Shown in pieces: positions 25,441 to 36,464 of a stretch of 64,000 nucleotides of DNA. The translations under genes were made by a program, and so were the position numbers. The stretch's first letter is position 1. Every line of letters begins with the position of its first letter. The DNA comes from Lingula anatina (lineage: Eukaryota > Animalia > Brachiopoda), in the NCBI GenBank assembly GCA_051362555.1, contig CM120643.1, forward strand, positions 13,676,644 through 13,740,643, given 5' to 3'. Below the pieces are notes generated by a model, which was not told the DNA's origin, ran no database searches, and saw nothing but the letters and a program-made list of their open reading frames with translations.

Positions 25441-27383
25441 AGTGAGCGCGTTGTGAAAGAAATTGCTGTATTGCCAGACTTATGCCTTCCATTGAGAGTG
25501 TGCTGCTTTAAGTATACACCCTGCTGAGGGGAGCACCGACGTTAAGGAGCTATGTGGTGTTGTGTGCTTCCCGTTGATTCTAAAAGTGTGTCATTAAGGA
25601 GCTTTGTGATTGGCTGATTGTCAAGCCATTGTCCGGTGTCTTATGTCTTGACTATTCAAGAATGTATGCACAGAATCCCCCGACAAGTGTAAATTTTGGT
25701 TTTAGTGGTTGTTTGTCAGGTTTTCTTGGTTATTACTATTGTTCCCTAGTGAGTAATAGGAACGTAGTTGTCTCGCCTACGTGGTATGTGATTATCATTA
25801 TCATATGTCCGTGTATTATGGTACATAGATCATTTTGTTCCTTGTGATCCGTAGGTTAAGGCGTGTTCCGATAAAGCAGAAAAAACCCCGTCACGCCAGT
25901 ACCCAAAACACTAGCTACAAAGTAACCAGTGTTAAGGGACGGTTCCCGGTTCGGACAGTCCCACATTGCGGCCGGCCCCAGGGCCAAATAGCTTAAGTGT
26001 TGGGGGTGGTGGGCTCATGACCTAGTTAGATTCCACTTTACCAGAATAACACGATTCAGAGCTGGGCCTCTGAGGACGTGTATTTTTACAGCGCCCCTTG
26101 CAGAGTAGACAGCGGCTCTTAGAGTGTGTTAGGCTTTTCGCCTTTATTATGAGAACCACTTGTCTTTGATAGGAAGGTAGGTGTCTCGCCTGCCTGGTAT
26201 GAGATACATAGTCATTTATATATGTAGGGTGCCCTGAAAAGGACATTCCGTGCTGAGTAGAGAGCGACTCTTAGAGTGTGTTAGGCTTCTCGCCTTTATT
26301 ATAGGGAAAGAACGTCTTTATAAGAGAGTAGGTGTCTCGCCTACTTCGTATGAGATTTATAGATACCGATCTACACTGGGGGCCCTGAAAAGGGCATTTC
26401 GTGATTGGCACAATAGAGGCGTCTCGCCTGTCGAGGGAAGGGGGAGGGTGGACTGGTTGCAGAAAGCGCTTTTCGGTCAACAAGTGACCTTCATCAGCTG
26501 CAGAGTCCGATTAATAAGAAAAAGGAAAAATTTAGGGACGTAGGGGCTGGTAAGCAAAGGTGTCTCGCCTTTGTTTAGTAAGTTTTCATCAATGGTGTCT
26601 CGCCATTGTGAATGATACGGGCCATCTCGGCTTTTAAGTATCATGCTTTGTTTAGTGATTTTCATCAATGGTGTCTCGCCATTGTGAATGATACGAGCCA
26701 TCTCGGCTTTATAGTATCATGCTTGATCACAAGTGTCTCGCTTGTGTCAAAGTGGACGGTATGAATCGAGCGTGTGAATGGCTCAAGAGTCGGAGGTCGA
26801 CTGAGGATTTGTTGAAATTGTGTCAAATCGAGATCGAGGCCGCGATCTGATTGGTTGTTTCAGTTATGAGTTTTGATTGGCTGTTCTCGTGGTGTATCTT
26901 GATCCTATCTGTTTAGATGTAGTTTATTTGGTTTCATTTTTGGCAAGGTATTTTAACCTCGGATCAAATTTATTAGTATTCTTATGCTGTGCATTTGCGT
27001 GTTAACACTGAATTTTCATTTGCTAGGATGGTCTGTATAGGTTTCGGGCACCTCTTTTAATTTTGGAAGGCTTTCTCCTTGTTGCTTATAAATAAACTGA
27101 GATATCATCTCGCCTTTTATTTGCGATGTTTGTGTCTTATAAGTCGATTGTGCCCTGTAAGTGTTTAAAATTTGGTCTAAATGAGATTATGGCATTTTGC
27201 TTTATCTCCAGAATGACTTTTCTTTTCTTTATTGATTATTAATAAGTGTGGGGAAGGCATCTCGCCTTTTATTTGCATTATTGCGCTCTATTTGAACATT
27301 CAGGTTTAGCTTTTCCTGGTAGAAATGGGTGGCCCTGAAAAGGGCCGTTTTTTTCCGAGGACGTAGAAGCAGTGGCTTCTATT

Positions 27384-28013
27384 TTACAGTGTAGTTTTCT
27401 TGGCTGAGGTTAGTCTTCGTTTCACTTTGCTGGCTAGCACGCGGCTCTTCTTCTTGTCCTTCATGGCGAGAATGAGGAGTCTCATTTGCTCCATGATCTG
27501 GTTGTTTGTGGTCGTTGAAGTAGAGGGTTGGTTTCCTGGCGTGTACACGCCGTGGATGTTGAAGTGCTCTTCCGCCCTGGATTCCCTCTCTTCTGCCTTT
27601 GCTAAGCTTTCCTTAGCTTTGTCTACGAAAGCTTGCGTGTGGGCCTCGATCGCGGATTTAAGCTCTGTTGCGGCCTTGTCTTGTATGTTGATCATTGCTG
27701 CCAGAAGGATGTCGTCATCAGGGCACCCCCTGAAGTCTACACGGCATCTGACATGGTGGGCGTTGTTGCTGAGTTGTGTGAGCATGTGGTCTGCCCAGTC
27801 AGAGCAGCCTTTCAGGTAAGCTTTTGCTCTGACGACTTCGTCGTGGTAGGGGTTGCCGTTGACTCCTGGGGGGCCGGCTGTAATTGGCGCCGGTCTCTTG
27901 GGGATTCTCCCCCTGGGTGGTGCAGTGCTATGCCAGTTTTTTGATTCCATATTTCTAGGTTTTTTCCATTCCCTAGGAGATCGTTTTCCTCTGATACTTG
28001 TTTGATGATACAT
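27384..28013 (-). CDS. 209-aa element-encoded protein, copy 4
   Basis: Translation identical to copy 1. Confidence 0.7.
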   Translation of the reverse strand: MYHQTSIRGKRSPREWKKPRNMESKNWHSTAPPRGRIPKRPAPITAGPPGVNGNPYHDEVVRAKAYLKGCSDWADHMLTQLSNNAHHVRCRVDFRGCPDDDILLAAMINIQDKAATELKSAIEAHTQAFVDKAKESLAKAEERESRAEEHFNIHGVYTPGNQPSTSTTTNNQIMEQMRLLILAMKDKKKSRVLASKVKRRLTSAKKTTL

Positions 28014-30289
28014 AGTGAGCGCGTTGTGAAAGAAATTGCTGTATTGCCAGACTTATGCCTTCCATTGAGAGTGTGCTGCTTTAAGTATACACCCTGCTGA
28101 GGGGAGCACCGACGTTAAGGAGCTATGTGGTGTTGTGTGCTTCCCGTTGATTCTAAAAGTGTGTCATTAAGGAGCTTTGTGATTGGCTGATTGTCAAGCC
28201 ATTGTCCGGTGTCTTATGTCTTGACTATTCAAGAATGTATGCACAGAATCCCCCGACAAGTGTAAATTTTGGTTTTAGTGGTTGTTTGTCAGGTTTTCTT
28301 GGTTATTACTATTGTTCCCTAGTGAGTAATAGGAACGTAGTTGTCTCGCCTACGTGGTATGTGATTATCATTATCATATGTCCGTGTATTATGGTACATA
28401 GATCATTTTGTTCCTTGTGATCCGTAGGTTAAGGCGTGTTCCGATAAAGCAGAAAAAACCCCGTCACGCCAGTACCCAAAACACTAGCTACAAAGTAACC
28501 AGTGTTAAGGGACGGTTCCCGGTTCGGACAGTCCCACATTGCGGCCGGCCCCAGGGCCAAATAGCTTAAGTGTTGGGGGTGGTGGGCTCATGACCTAGTT
28601 AGATTCCACTTTACCAGAATAACACGATTCAGAGCTGGGCCTCTGAGGACGTGTATTTTTACAGCGCCCCTTGCAGAGTAGACAGCGGCTCTTAGAGTGT
28701 GTTAGGCTTTTCGCCTTTATTATGAGAACCACTTGTCTTTGATAGGAAGGTAGGTGTCTCGCCTGCCTGGTATGAGATACATAGTCATTTATATATGTAG
28801 GGTGCCCTGAAAAGGACATTCCGTGCTGAGTAGAGAGCGACTCTTAGAGTGTGTTAGGCTTCTCGCCTTTATTATAGGGAAAGAACGTCTTTATAAGAGA
28901 GTAGGTGTCTCGCCTACTTCGTATGAGATTTATAGATACCGATCTACACTGGGGGCCCTGAAAAGGGCATTTCGTGATTGGCACAATAGAGGCGTCTCGC
29001 CTGTCGAGGGAAGGGGGAGGGTGGACTGGTTGCAGAAAGCGCTATTCGGTCAACAAGTGACCTTCATCAGCTGCAGAGTCCGATTAATAAAAAAAAGGAA
29101 AAATTTAGGGACGTAGGGGCTGGTAAGCAAAGGTGTCTCGCCTTTGTTTAGTAAGTTTTCATCAATGGTGTCTCGCCATTGTGAATGATACGGGCCATCT
29201 CGGCTTTTAAGTATCATGCTTTGTTTAGTGATTTTCATCAATGGTGTCTCGCCATTGTGAATGATACGAGCCATCTCGGCTTTATAGTATCATGCTTGAT
29301 CACAAGTGTCTCGCTTGTGTCAAAGTGGACGGTATGAATCGAGCGTGTGAATGGCTCAAGAGTCGGAGGTCGACTGAGGATTTGTTGAAATTGTGTCAAA
29401 TCGAGATCGAGGCCGCGATCTGATTGGTTGTTTCAGTTATGAGTTTTGATTGGCTGTTCTCGTGGTGTATCTTGATCCTATCTGTTTAGATGTAGTTTAT
29501 TTGGTTTCATTTTTGGCAAGGTATTTTAACCTCGGATCAAATTTATTAGTATTCTTATGCTGTGCATTTGCGTGTTAACACTGAATTTTCATTTGCTAGG
29601 ATGGTCTGTATAGGTTTCGGGCACCTCTTTTAATTTTGGAAGGCTTTCTCCTTGTTGCTTATAAATAAACTGAGATATCATCTCGCCTTTTATTTGCGAT
29701 GTTTGTGTCCCTCAAGTGTTGGGGGTGGTGGGCTCATGACCTAGTTAGATTCCACTTTACCAGAATAACACGATTCAGAGCTGGGCCTCTGAGGACGTGT
29801 ATTTTTACAGCGCCCCTTGCAGAGTAGACAGCGGCTCTTAGAGTGTGTTAGGCTTTTCGCCTTTATTATGAGAACCACTTGTCTTTGATAGGAAGGTAGG
29901 TGTCTCGCCTGCCTGGTATGAGATACATAGTCATTTATATATGTAGGGTGCCCTGAAAAGGACATTCCGTGCTGAGTAGAGAGCGACTCTTATAGTGTGT
30001 TAGGCTTCTCGCCTTTATTATAGGGAAAGAACGTCTTTATAAGAGAGTAGGTGTCTCGCCTACTTCGTATGAGATTTATAGATACCGATCTACACTGGGG
30101 GCCCTGAAAAGGGCATTTCGTGATTGGCACAATAGAGGCGTCTCGCCTGTCGAGGGAAGGGGGAGGGTGGACTGGTTGCAGAAAGCGCTTTTCGGTCAAC
30201 CCTCAGCAGGGTGTATACTTAAAGCAGCACACTCTCAATGGAAGGCATAAGTCTGGCAATACAGCAATTTCTTTCACAACGCGCTCACT

Positions 30290-30919
30290 ATGTATCATCA
30301 AACAAGTATCAGAGGAAAACGATCTCCTAGGGAATGGAAAAAACCTAGAAATATGGAATCAAAAAACTGGCATAGCACTGCACCACCCAGGGGGAGAATC
30401 CCCAAGAGACCGGCGCCAATTACAGCCGGCCCCCCAGGAGTCAACGGCAACCCCTACCACGACGAAGTCGTCAGAGCAAAAGCTTACCTGAAAGGCTGCT
30501 CTGACTGGGCAGACCACATGCTCACACAACTCAGCAACAACGCCCACCATGTCAGATGCCGTGTAGACTTCAGGGGGTGCCCTGATGACGACATCCTTCT
30601 GGCAGCAATGATCAACATACAAGACAAGGCCGCAACAGAGCTTAAATCCGCGATCGAGGCCCACACGCAAGCTTTCGTAGACAAAGCTAAGGAAAGCTTA
30701 GCAAAGGCAGAAGAGAGGGAATCCAGGGCGGAAGAGCACTTCAACATCCACGGCGTGTACACGCCAGGAAACCAACCCTCTACTTCAACGACCACAAACA
30801 ACCAGATCATGGAGCAAATGAGACTCCTCATTCTCGCCATGAAGGACAAGAAGAAGAGCCGCGTGCTAGCCAGCAAAGTGAAACGAAGACTAACCTCAGC
30901 CAAGAAAACTACACTGTAA
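30290..30919 (+). CDS. 209-aa element-encoded protein, copy 5 (in an inverted partial unit lacking the upstream CCAAT box)
   Basis: Translation identical to copy 1. Confidence 0.65.
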   Translation: MYHQTSIRGKRSPREWKKPRNMESKNWHSTAPPRGRIPKRPAPITAGPPGVNGNPYHDEVVRAKAYLKGCSDWADHMLTQLSNNAHHVRCRVDFRGCPDDDILLAAMINIQDKAATELKSAIEAHTQAFVDKAKESLAKAEERESRAEEHFNIHGVYTPGNQPSTSTTTNNQIMEQMRLLILAMKDKKKSRVLASKVKRRLTSAKKTTL

Positions 30920-30956
30920 AATAGAAGCCACTGCTTCTACGTCCTCGGAAAAAAAC

Positions 30957-30995
30957 GGCCCTTTTCAGGGCCACCCATTTCTACCAGGAAAAGCT
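30957..30995 (+). terminator. Histone-type 3' stem-loop plus candidate purine-rich histone downstream element (also at 38846 and 41419)
   Basis: GGCCCTTTTCAGGGCC at 30957-30972, ACCCA at 30973-30977, CAGGAAAAGCT at 30985-30995. Confidence 0.8.
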
Positions 30996-31794
30996 AAACC
31001 TGAATGTTCAAATAGAGCGCAATAATGCAAATAAAAGGCGAGATGCCTTCCCCACACTTATTAATAATCAATAAAGAAAAGAAAAGTCATTCTGGAGATA
31101 AAGCAAAATGCCATAATCTCATTTAGACCAAATTTTAAACACTTACAGGGCACAATCGACTTATAAGACACAAACATCGCAAATAAAAGGCGAGATGATA
31201 TCTCAGTTTATTTATAAGCAACAAGGAGAAAGCCTTCCAAAATTAAAAGAGGTGCCCGAAACCTATACAGACCATCCTAGCAAATGAAAATTCAGTGTTA
31301 ACACGCAAATGCACAGCATAAGAATACTAATAAATTTGATCCGAGGTTAAAATACCTTGCCAAAAATGAAACCAAATAAACTACATCTAAACAGATAGGA
31401 TCAAGATACACCACGAGAACAGCCAATCAAAACTCATAACTGAAACAACCAATCAGATCGCGGCCTCGATCTCGATTTGACACAATTTCAACAAATCCTC
31501 AGTCGACCTCCGACTCTTGAGCCATTCACACGCTCGATTCATACCGTCCACTTTGACACAAGCGAGACACTTGTGATCAAGCATGATACTATAAAGCCGA
31601 GATGGCTCGTATCATTCACAATGGCGAGACACCATTGATGAAAATCACTAAACAAAGCATGATACTTAAAAGCCGAGATGGCCCGTATCATTCACAATGG
31701 CGAGACACCATTGATGAAAACTTACTAAACAAAGGCGAGACACCTTTGCTTACCAGCCCCTACGTCCCTAAATTTTTCCTTTTTTTTATTAATC

Positions 31795-31853
31795 GGACTC
31801 TGCAGCTGATGAAGGTCACTTGTTGACCGAAAAGCGCTTTCTGCAACCAGTCC
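31795..31853 (+). ncRNA. Minimal type I hammerhead ribozyme (further plus-strand copies at 39684-39742, 42257-42315, 43041-43099)
   Basis: Stem I TGCAG(31801-05)/CTGCA(31841-45) extended by GGACT/AGTCC; core CTGATGA 31806-12; stem II GGTCA/TGACC; GAAA; palindromic stem III AAGCGCTT; predicted cut after 31840. Confidence 0.88.
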
Positions 31854-33261
31854 ACCCTCCCCCTTCCCTTATAAGTGTTGGGGGTGGTGGGCTCATGACC
31901 TAGTTAGATTCCACTTTACCAGAATAACACGATTCAGAGCTGGGCCTCTGAGGACGTGTATTTTTACAGCGCCCCTTGCAGAGTAGACAGCGGCTCTTAG
32001 AGTGTGTTAGGCTTTTCGCCTTTATTATGAGAACCACTTGTCTTTGATAGGAAGGTAGGTGTCTCGCCTGCCTGGTATGAGATACATAGTCATTTATATA
32101 TGTAGGGTGCCCTGAAAAGGACATTCCGTGCTGAGTAGAGAGCGACTCTTAGAGTGTGTTAGGCTTCTCGCCTTTATTATAGGGAAAGAACGTCTTTATA
32201 AGAGAGTAGGTGTCTCGCCTACTTCGTATGAGATTTATAGATACCGATCTACACTGGGGGCCCTGAAAAGGGCATTTCGTGATTGGCACAATAGAGGCGT
32301 CTCGCCTGTCGAGGGAAGGGGGAGGGTGGACTGGTTGCAGAAAGCGCTTTTCGGTCAACAAGTGACCTTCATCAGCTGCAGAGTCCGATTAATAAAAAAA
32401 AGGAAAAATTTAGGGACGTAGGGGCTGGTAAGCAAAGGTGTCTCGCCTTTGTTTAGTAAGTTTTCATCAATGGTGTCTCGCCATTGTGAATGATACGGGC
32501 CATCTCGGCTTTTAAGTATCATGCTTTGTTTAGTGATTTTCATCAATGGTGTCTCGCCATTGTGAATGATACGAGCCATCTCGGCTTTATAGTATCATGC
32601 TTGATCACAAGTGTCTCGCTTGTGTCAAAGTGGACGGTATGAATCGAGCGTGTGAATGGCTCAAGAGTCGGAGGTCGACTGAGGATTTGTTGAAATTGTG
32701 TCAAATCGAGATCGAGGCCGCGATCTGATTGGTTGTTTCAGTTATGAGTTTTGATTGGCTGTTCTCGTGGTGTATCTTGATCCTATCTGTTTAGATGTAG
32801 TTTATTTGGTTTCATTTTTGGCAAGGTATTTTAACCTCGGATCAAATTTATTAGTATTCTTATGCTGTGCATTTGCGTGTTAACACTGAATTTTCATTTG
32901 CTAGGATGGTCTGTATAGGTTTCGGGCACCTCTTTTAATTTTGGAAGGCTTTCTCCTTGTTGCTTATAAATAAACTGAGATATCATCTCGCCTTTTATTT
33001 GCGATGTTTGTGTCTTATAAGTCGATTGTGCCCTGTAAGTGTTTAAAATTTGGTCTAAATGAGATTATGGCATTTTGCTTTATCTCCAGAATGACTTTTC
33101 TTTTCTTTATTGATTATTAATAAGTGTGGGGAAGGCATCTCGCCTTTTATTTGCATTATTGCGCTCTATTTGAACATTCAGGTTTAGCTTTTCCTGGTAG
33201 AAATGGGTGGCCCTGAAAAGGGCCGTTTTTTTCCGAGGACGTAGAAGCAGTGGCTTCTATT

Positions 33262-33891
33262 TTACAGTGTAGTTTTCTTGGCTGAGGTTAGTCTTCGTTT
33301 CACTTTGCTGGCTAGCACGCGGCTCTTCTTCTTGTCCTTCATGGCGAGAATGAGGAGTCTCATTTGCTCCATGATCTGGTTGTTTGTGGTCGTTGAAGTA
33401 GAGGGTTGGTTTCCTGGCGTGTACACGCCGTGGATGTTGAAGTGCTCTTCCGCCCTGGATTCCCTCTCTTCTGCCTTTGCTAAGCTTTCCTTAGCTTTGT
33501 CTACGAAAGCTTGCGTGTGGGCCTCGATCGCGGATTTAAGCTCTGTTGCGGCCTTGTCTTGTATGTTGATCATTGCTGCCAGAAGGATGTCGTCATCAGG
33601 GCACCCCCTGAAGTCTACACGGCATCTGACATGGTGGGCGTTGTTGCTGAGTTGTGTGAGCATGTGGTCTGCCCAGTCAGAGCAGCCTTTCAGGTAAGCT
33701 TTTGCTCTGACGACTTCGTCGTGGTAGGGGTTGCCGTTGACTCCTGGGGGGCCGGCTGTAATTGGCGCCGGTCTCTTGGGGATTCTCCCCCTGGGTGGTG
33801 CAGTGCTATGCCAGTTTTTTGATTCCATATTTCTAGGTTTTTTCCATTCCCTAGGAGATCGTTTTCCTCTGATACTTGTTTGATGATACAT
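33262..33891 (-). CDS. 209-aa element-encoded protein, copy 6
   Basis: Translation identical to copy 1. Confidence 0.7.
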   Translation of the reverse strand: MYHQTSIRGKRSPREWKKPRNMESKNWHSTAPPRGRIPKRPAPITAGPPGVNGNPYHDEVVRAKAYLKGCSDWADHMLTQLSNNAHHVRCRVDFRGCPDDDILLAAMINIQDKAATELKSAIEAHTQAFVDKAKESLAKAEERESRAEEHFNIHGVYTPGNQPSTSTTTNNQIMEQMRLLILAMKDKKKSRVLASKVKRRLTSAKKTTL

Positions 33892-35834
33892 AGTGAGCGC
33901 GTTGTGAAAGAAATTGCTGTATTGCCAGACTTATGCCTTCCATTGAGAGTGTGCTGCTTTAAGTATACACCCTGCTGAGGGGAGCACCGACGTTAAGGAG
34001 CTATGTGGTGTTGTGTGCTTCCCGTTGATTCTAAAAGTGTGTCATTAAGGAGCTTTGTGATTGGCTGATTGTCAAGCCATTGTCCGGTGTCTTATGTCTT
34101 GACTATTCAAGAATGTATGCACAGAATCCCCCGACAAGTGTAAATTTTGGTTTTAGTGGTTGTTTGTCAGGTTTTCTTGGTTATTACTATTGTTCCCTAG
34201 TGAGTAATAGGAACGTAGTTGTCTCGCCTACGTGGTATGTGATTATCATTATCATATGTCCGTGTATTATGGTACATAGATCATTTTGTTCCTTGTGATC
34301 CGTAGGTTAAGGCGTGTTCCGATAAAGCAGAAAAAACCCCGTCACGCCAGTACCCAAAACACTAGCTACAAAGTAACCAGTGTTAAGGGACGGTTCCCGG
34401 TTCGGACAGTCCCACATTGCGGCCGGCCCCAGGGCCAAATAGCTTAAGTGTTGGGGGTGGTGGGCTCATGACCTAGTTAGATTCCACTTTACCAGAATAA
34501 CACGATTCAGAGCTGGGCCTCTGAGGACGTGTATTTTTACAGCGCCCCTTGCAGAGTAGACAGCGGCTCTTAGAGTGTGTTAGGCTTTTCGCCTTTATTA
34601 TGAGAACCACTTGTCTTTGATAGGAAGGTAGGTGTCTCGCCTGCCTGGTATGAGATACATAGTCATTTATATATGTAGGGTGCCCTGAAAAGGACATTCC
34701 GTGCTGAGTAGAGAGCGACTCTTAGAGTGTGTTAGGCTTCTCGCCTTTATTATAGGGAAAGAACGTCTTTATAAGAGAGTAGGTGTCTCGCCTACTTCGT
34801 ATGAGATTTATAGATACCGATCTACACTGGGGGCCCTGAAAAGGGCATTTCGTGATTGGCACAATAGAGGCGTCTCGCCTGTCGAGGGAAGGGGGAGGGT
34901 GGACTGGTTGCAGAAAGCGCTTTTCGGTCAACAAGTGACCTTCATCAGCTGCAGAGTCCGATTAATAAAAAAAAGGAAAAATTTAGGGACGTAGGGGCTG
35001 GTAAGCAAAGGTGTCTCGCCTTTGTTTAGTAAGTTTTCATCAATGGTGTCTCGCCATTGTGAATGATACGGGCCATCTCGGCTTTTAAGTATCATGCTTT
35101 GTTTAGTGATTTTCATCAATGGTGTCTCGCCATTGTGAATGATACGAGCCATCTCGGCTTTATAGTATCATGCTTGATCACAAGTGTCTCGCTTGTGTCA
35201 AAGTGGACGGTATGAATCGAGCGTGTGAATGGCTCAAGAGTCGGAGGTCGACTGAGGATTTGTTGAAATTGTGTCAAATCGAGATCGAGGCCGCGATCTG
35301 ATTGGTTGTTTCAGTTATGAGTTTTGATTGGCTGTTCTCGTGGTGTATCTTGATCCTATCTGTTTAGATGTAGTTTATTTGGTTTCATTTTTGGCAAGGT
35401 ATTTTAACCTCGGATCAAATTTATTAGTATTCTTATGCTGTGCATTTGCGTGTTAACACTGAATTTTCATTTGCTAGGATGGTCTGTATAGGTTTCGGGC
35501 ACCTCTTTTAATTTTGGAAGGCTTTCTCCTTGTTGCTTATAAATAAACTGAGATATCATCTCGCCTTTTATTTGCGATGTTTGTGTCTTATAAGTCGATT
35601 GTGCCCTGTAAGTGTTTAAAATTTGGTCTAAATGAGATTATGGCATTTTGCTTTATCTCCAGAATGACTTTTCTTTTCTTTATTGATTATTAATAAGTGT
35701 GGGGAAGGCATCTCGCCTTTTATTTGCATTATTGCGCTCTATTTGAACATTCAGGTTTAGCTTTTCCTGGTAGAAATGGGTGGCCCTGAAAAGGGCCGTT
35801 TTTTTCCGAGGACGTAGAAGCAGTGGCTTCTATT

Positions 35835-36464
35835 TTACAGTGTAGTTTTCTTGGCTGAGGTTAGTCTTCGTTTCACTTTGCTGGCTAGCACGCGGCTCTT
35901 CTTCTTGTCCTTCATGGCGAGAATGAGGAGTCTCATTTGCTCCATGATCTGGTTGTTTGTGGTCGTTGAAGTAGAGGGTTGGTTTCCTGGCGTGTACACG
36001 CCGTGGATGTTGAAGTGCTCTTCCGCCCTGGATTCCCTCTCTTCTGCCTTTGCTAAGCTTTCCTTAGCTTTGTCTACGAAAGCTTGCGTGTGGGCCTCGA
36101 TCGCGGATTTAAGCTCTGTTGCGGCCTTGTCTTGTATGTTGATCATTGCTGCCAGAAGGATGTCGTCATCAGGGCACCCCCTGAAGTCTACACGGCATCT
36201 GACATGGTGGGCGTTGTTGCTGAGTTGTGTGAGCATGTGGTCTGCCCAGTCAGAGCAGCCTTTCAGGTAAGCTTTTGCTCTGACGACTTCGTCGTGGTAG
36301 GGGTTGCCGTTGACTCCTGGGGGGCCGGCTGTAATTGGCGCCGGTCTCTTGGGGATTCTCCCCCTGGGTGGTGCAGTGCTATGCCAGTTTTTTGATTCCA
36401 TATTTCTAGGTTTTTTCCATTCCCTAGGAGATCGTTTTCCTCTGATACTTGTTTGATGATACAT
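35835..36464 (-). CDS. 209-aa element-encoded protein, copy 7
   Basis: Translation identical to copy 1. Confidence 0.7.
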   Translation of the reverse strand: MYHQTSIRGKRSPREWKKPRNMESKNWHSTAPPRGRIPKRPAPITAGPPGVNGNPYHDEVVRAKAYLKGCSDWADHMLTQLSNNAHHVRCRVDFRGCPDDDILLAAMINIQDKAATELKSAIEAHTQAFVDKAKESLAKAEERESRAEEHFNIHGVYTPGNQPSTSTTTNNQIMEQMRLLILAMKDKKKSRVLASKVKRRLTSAKKTTL

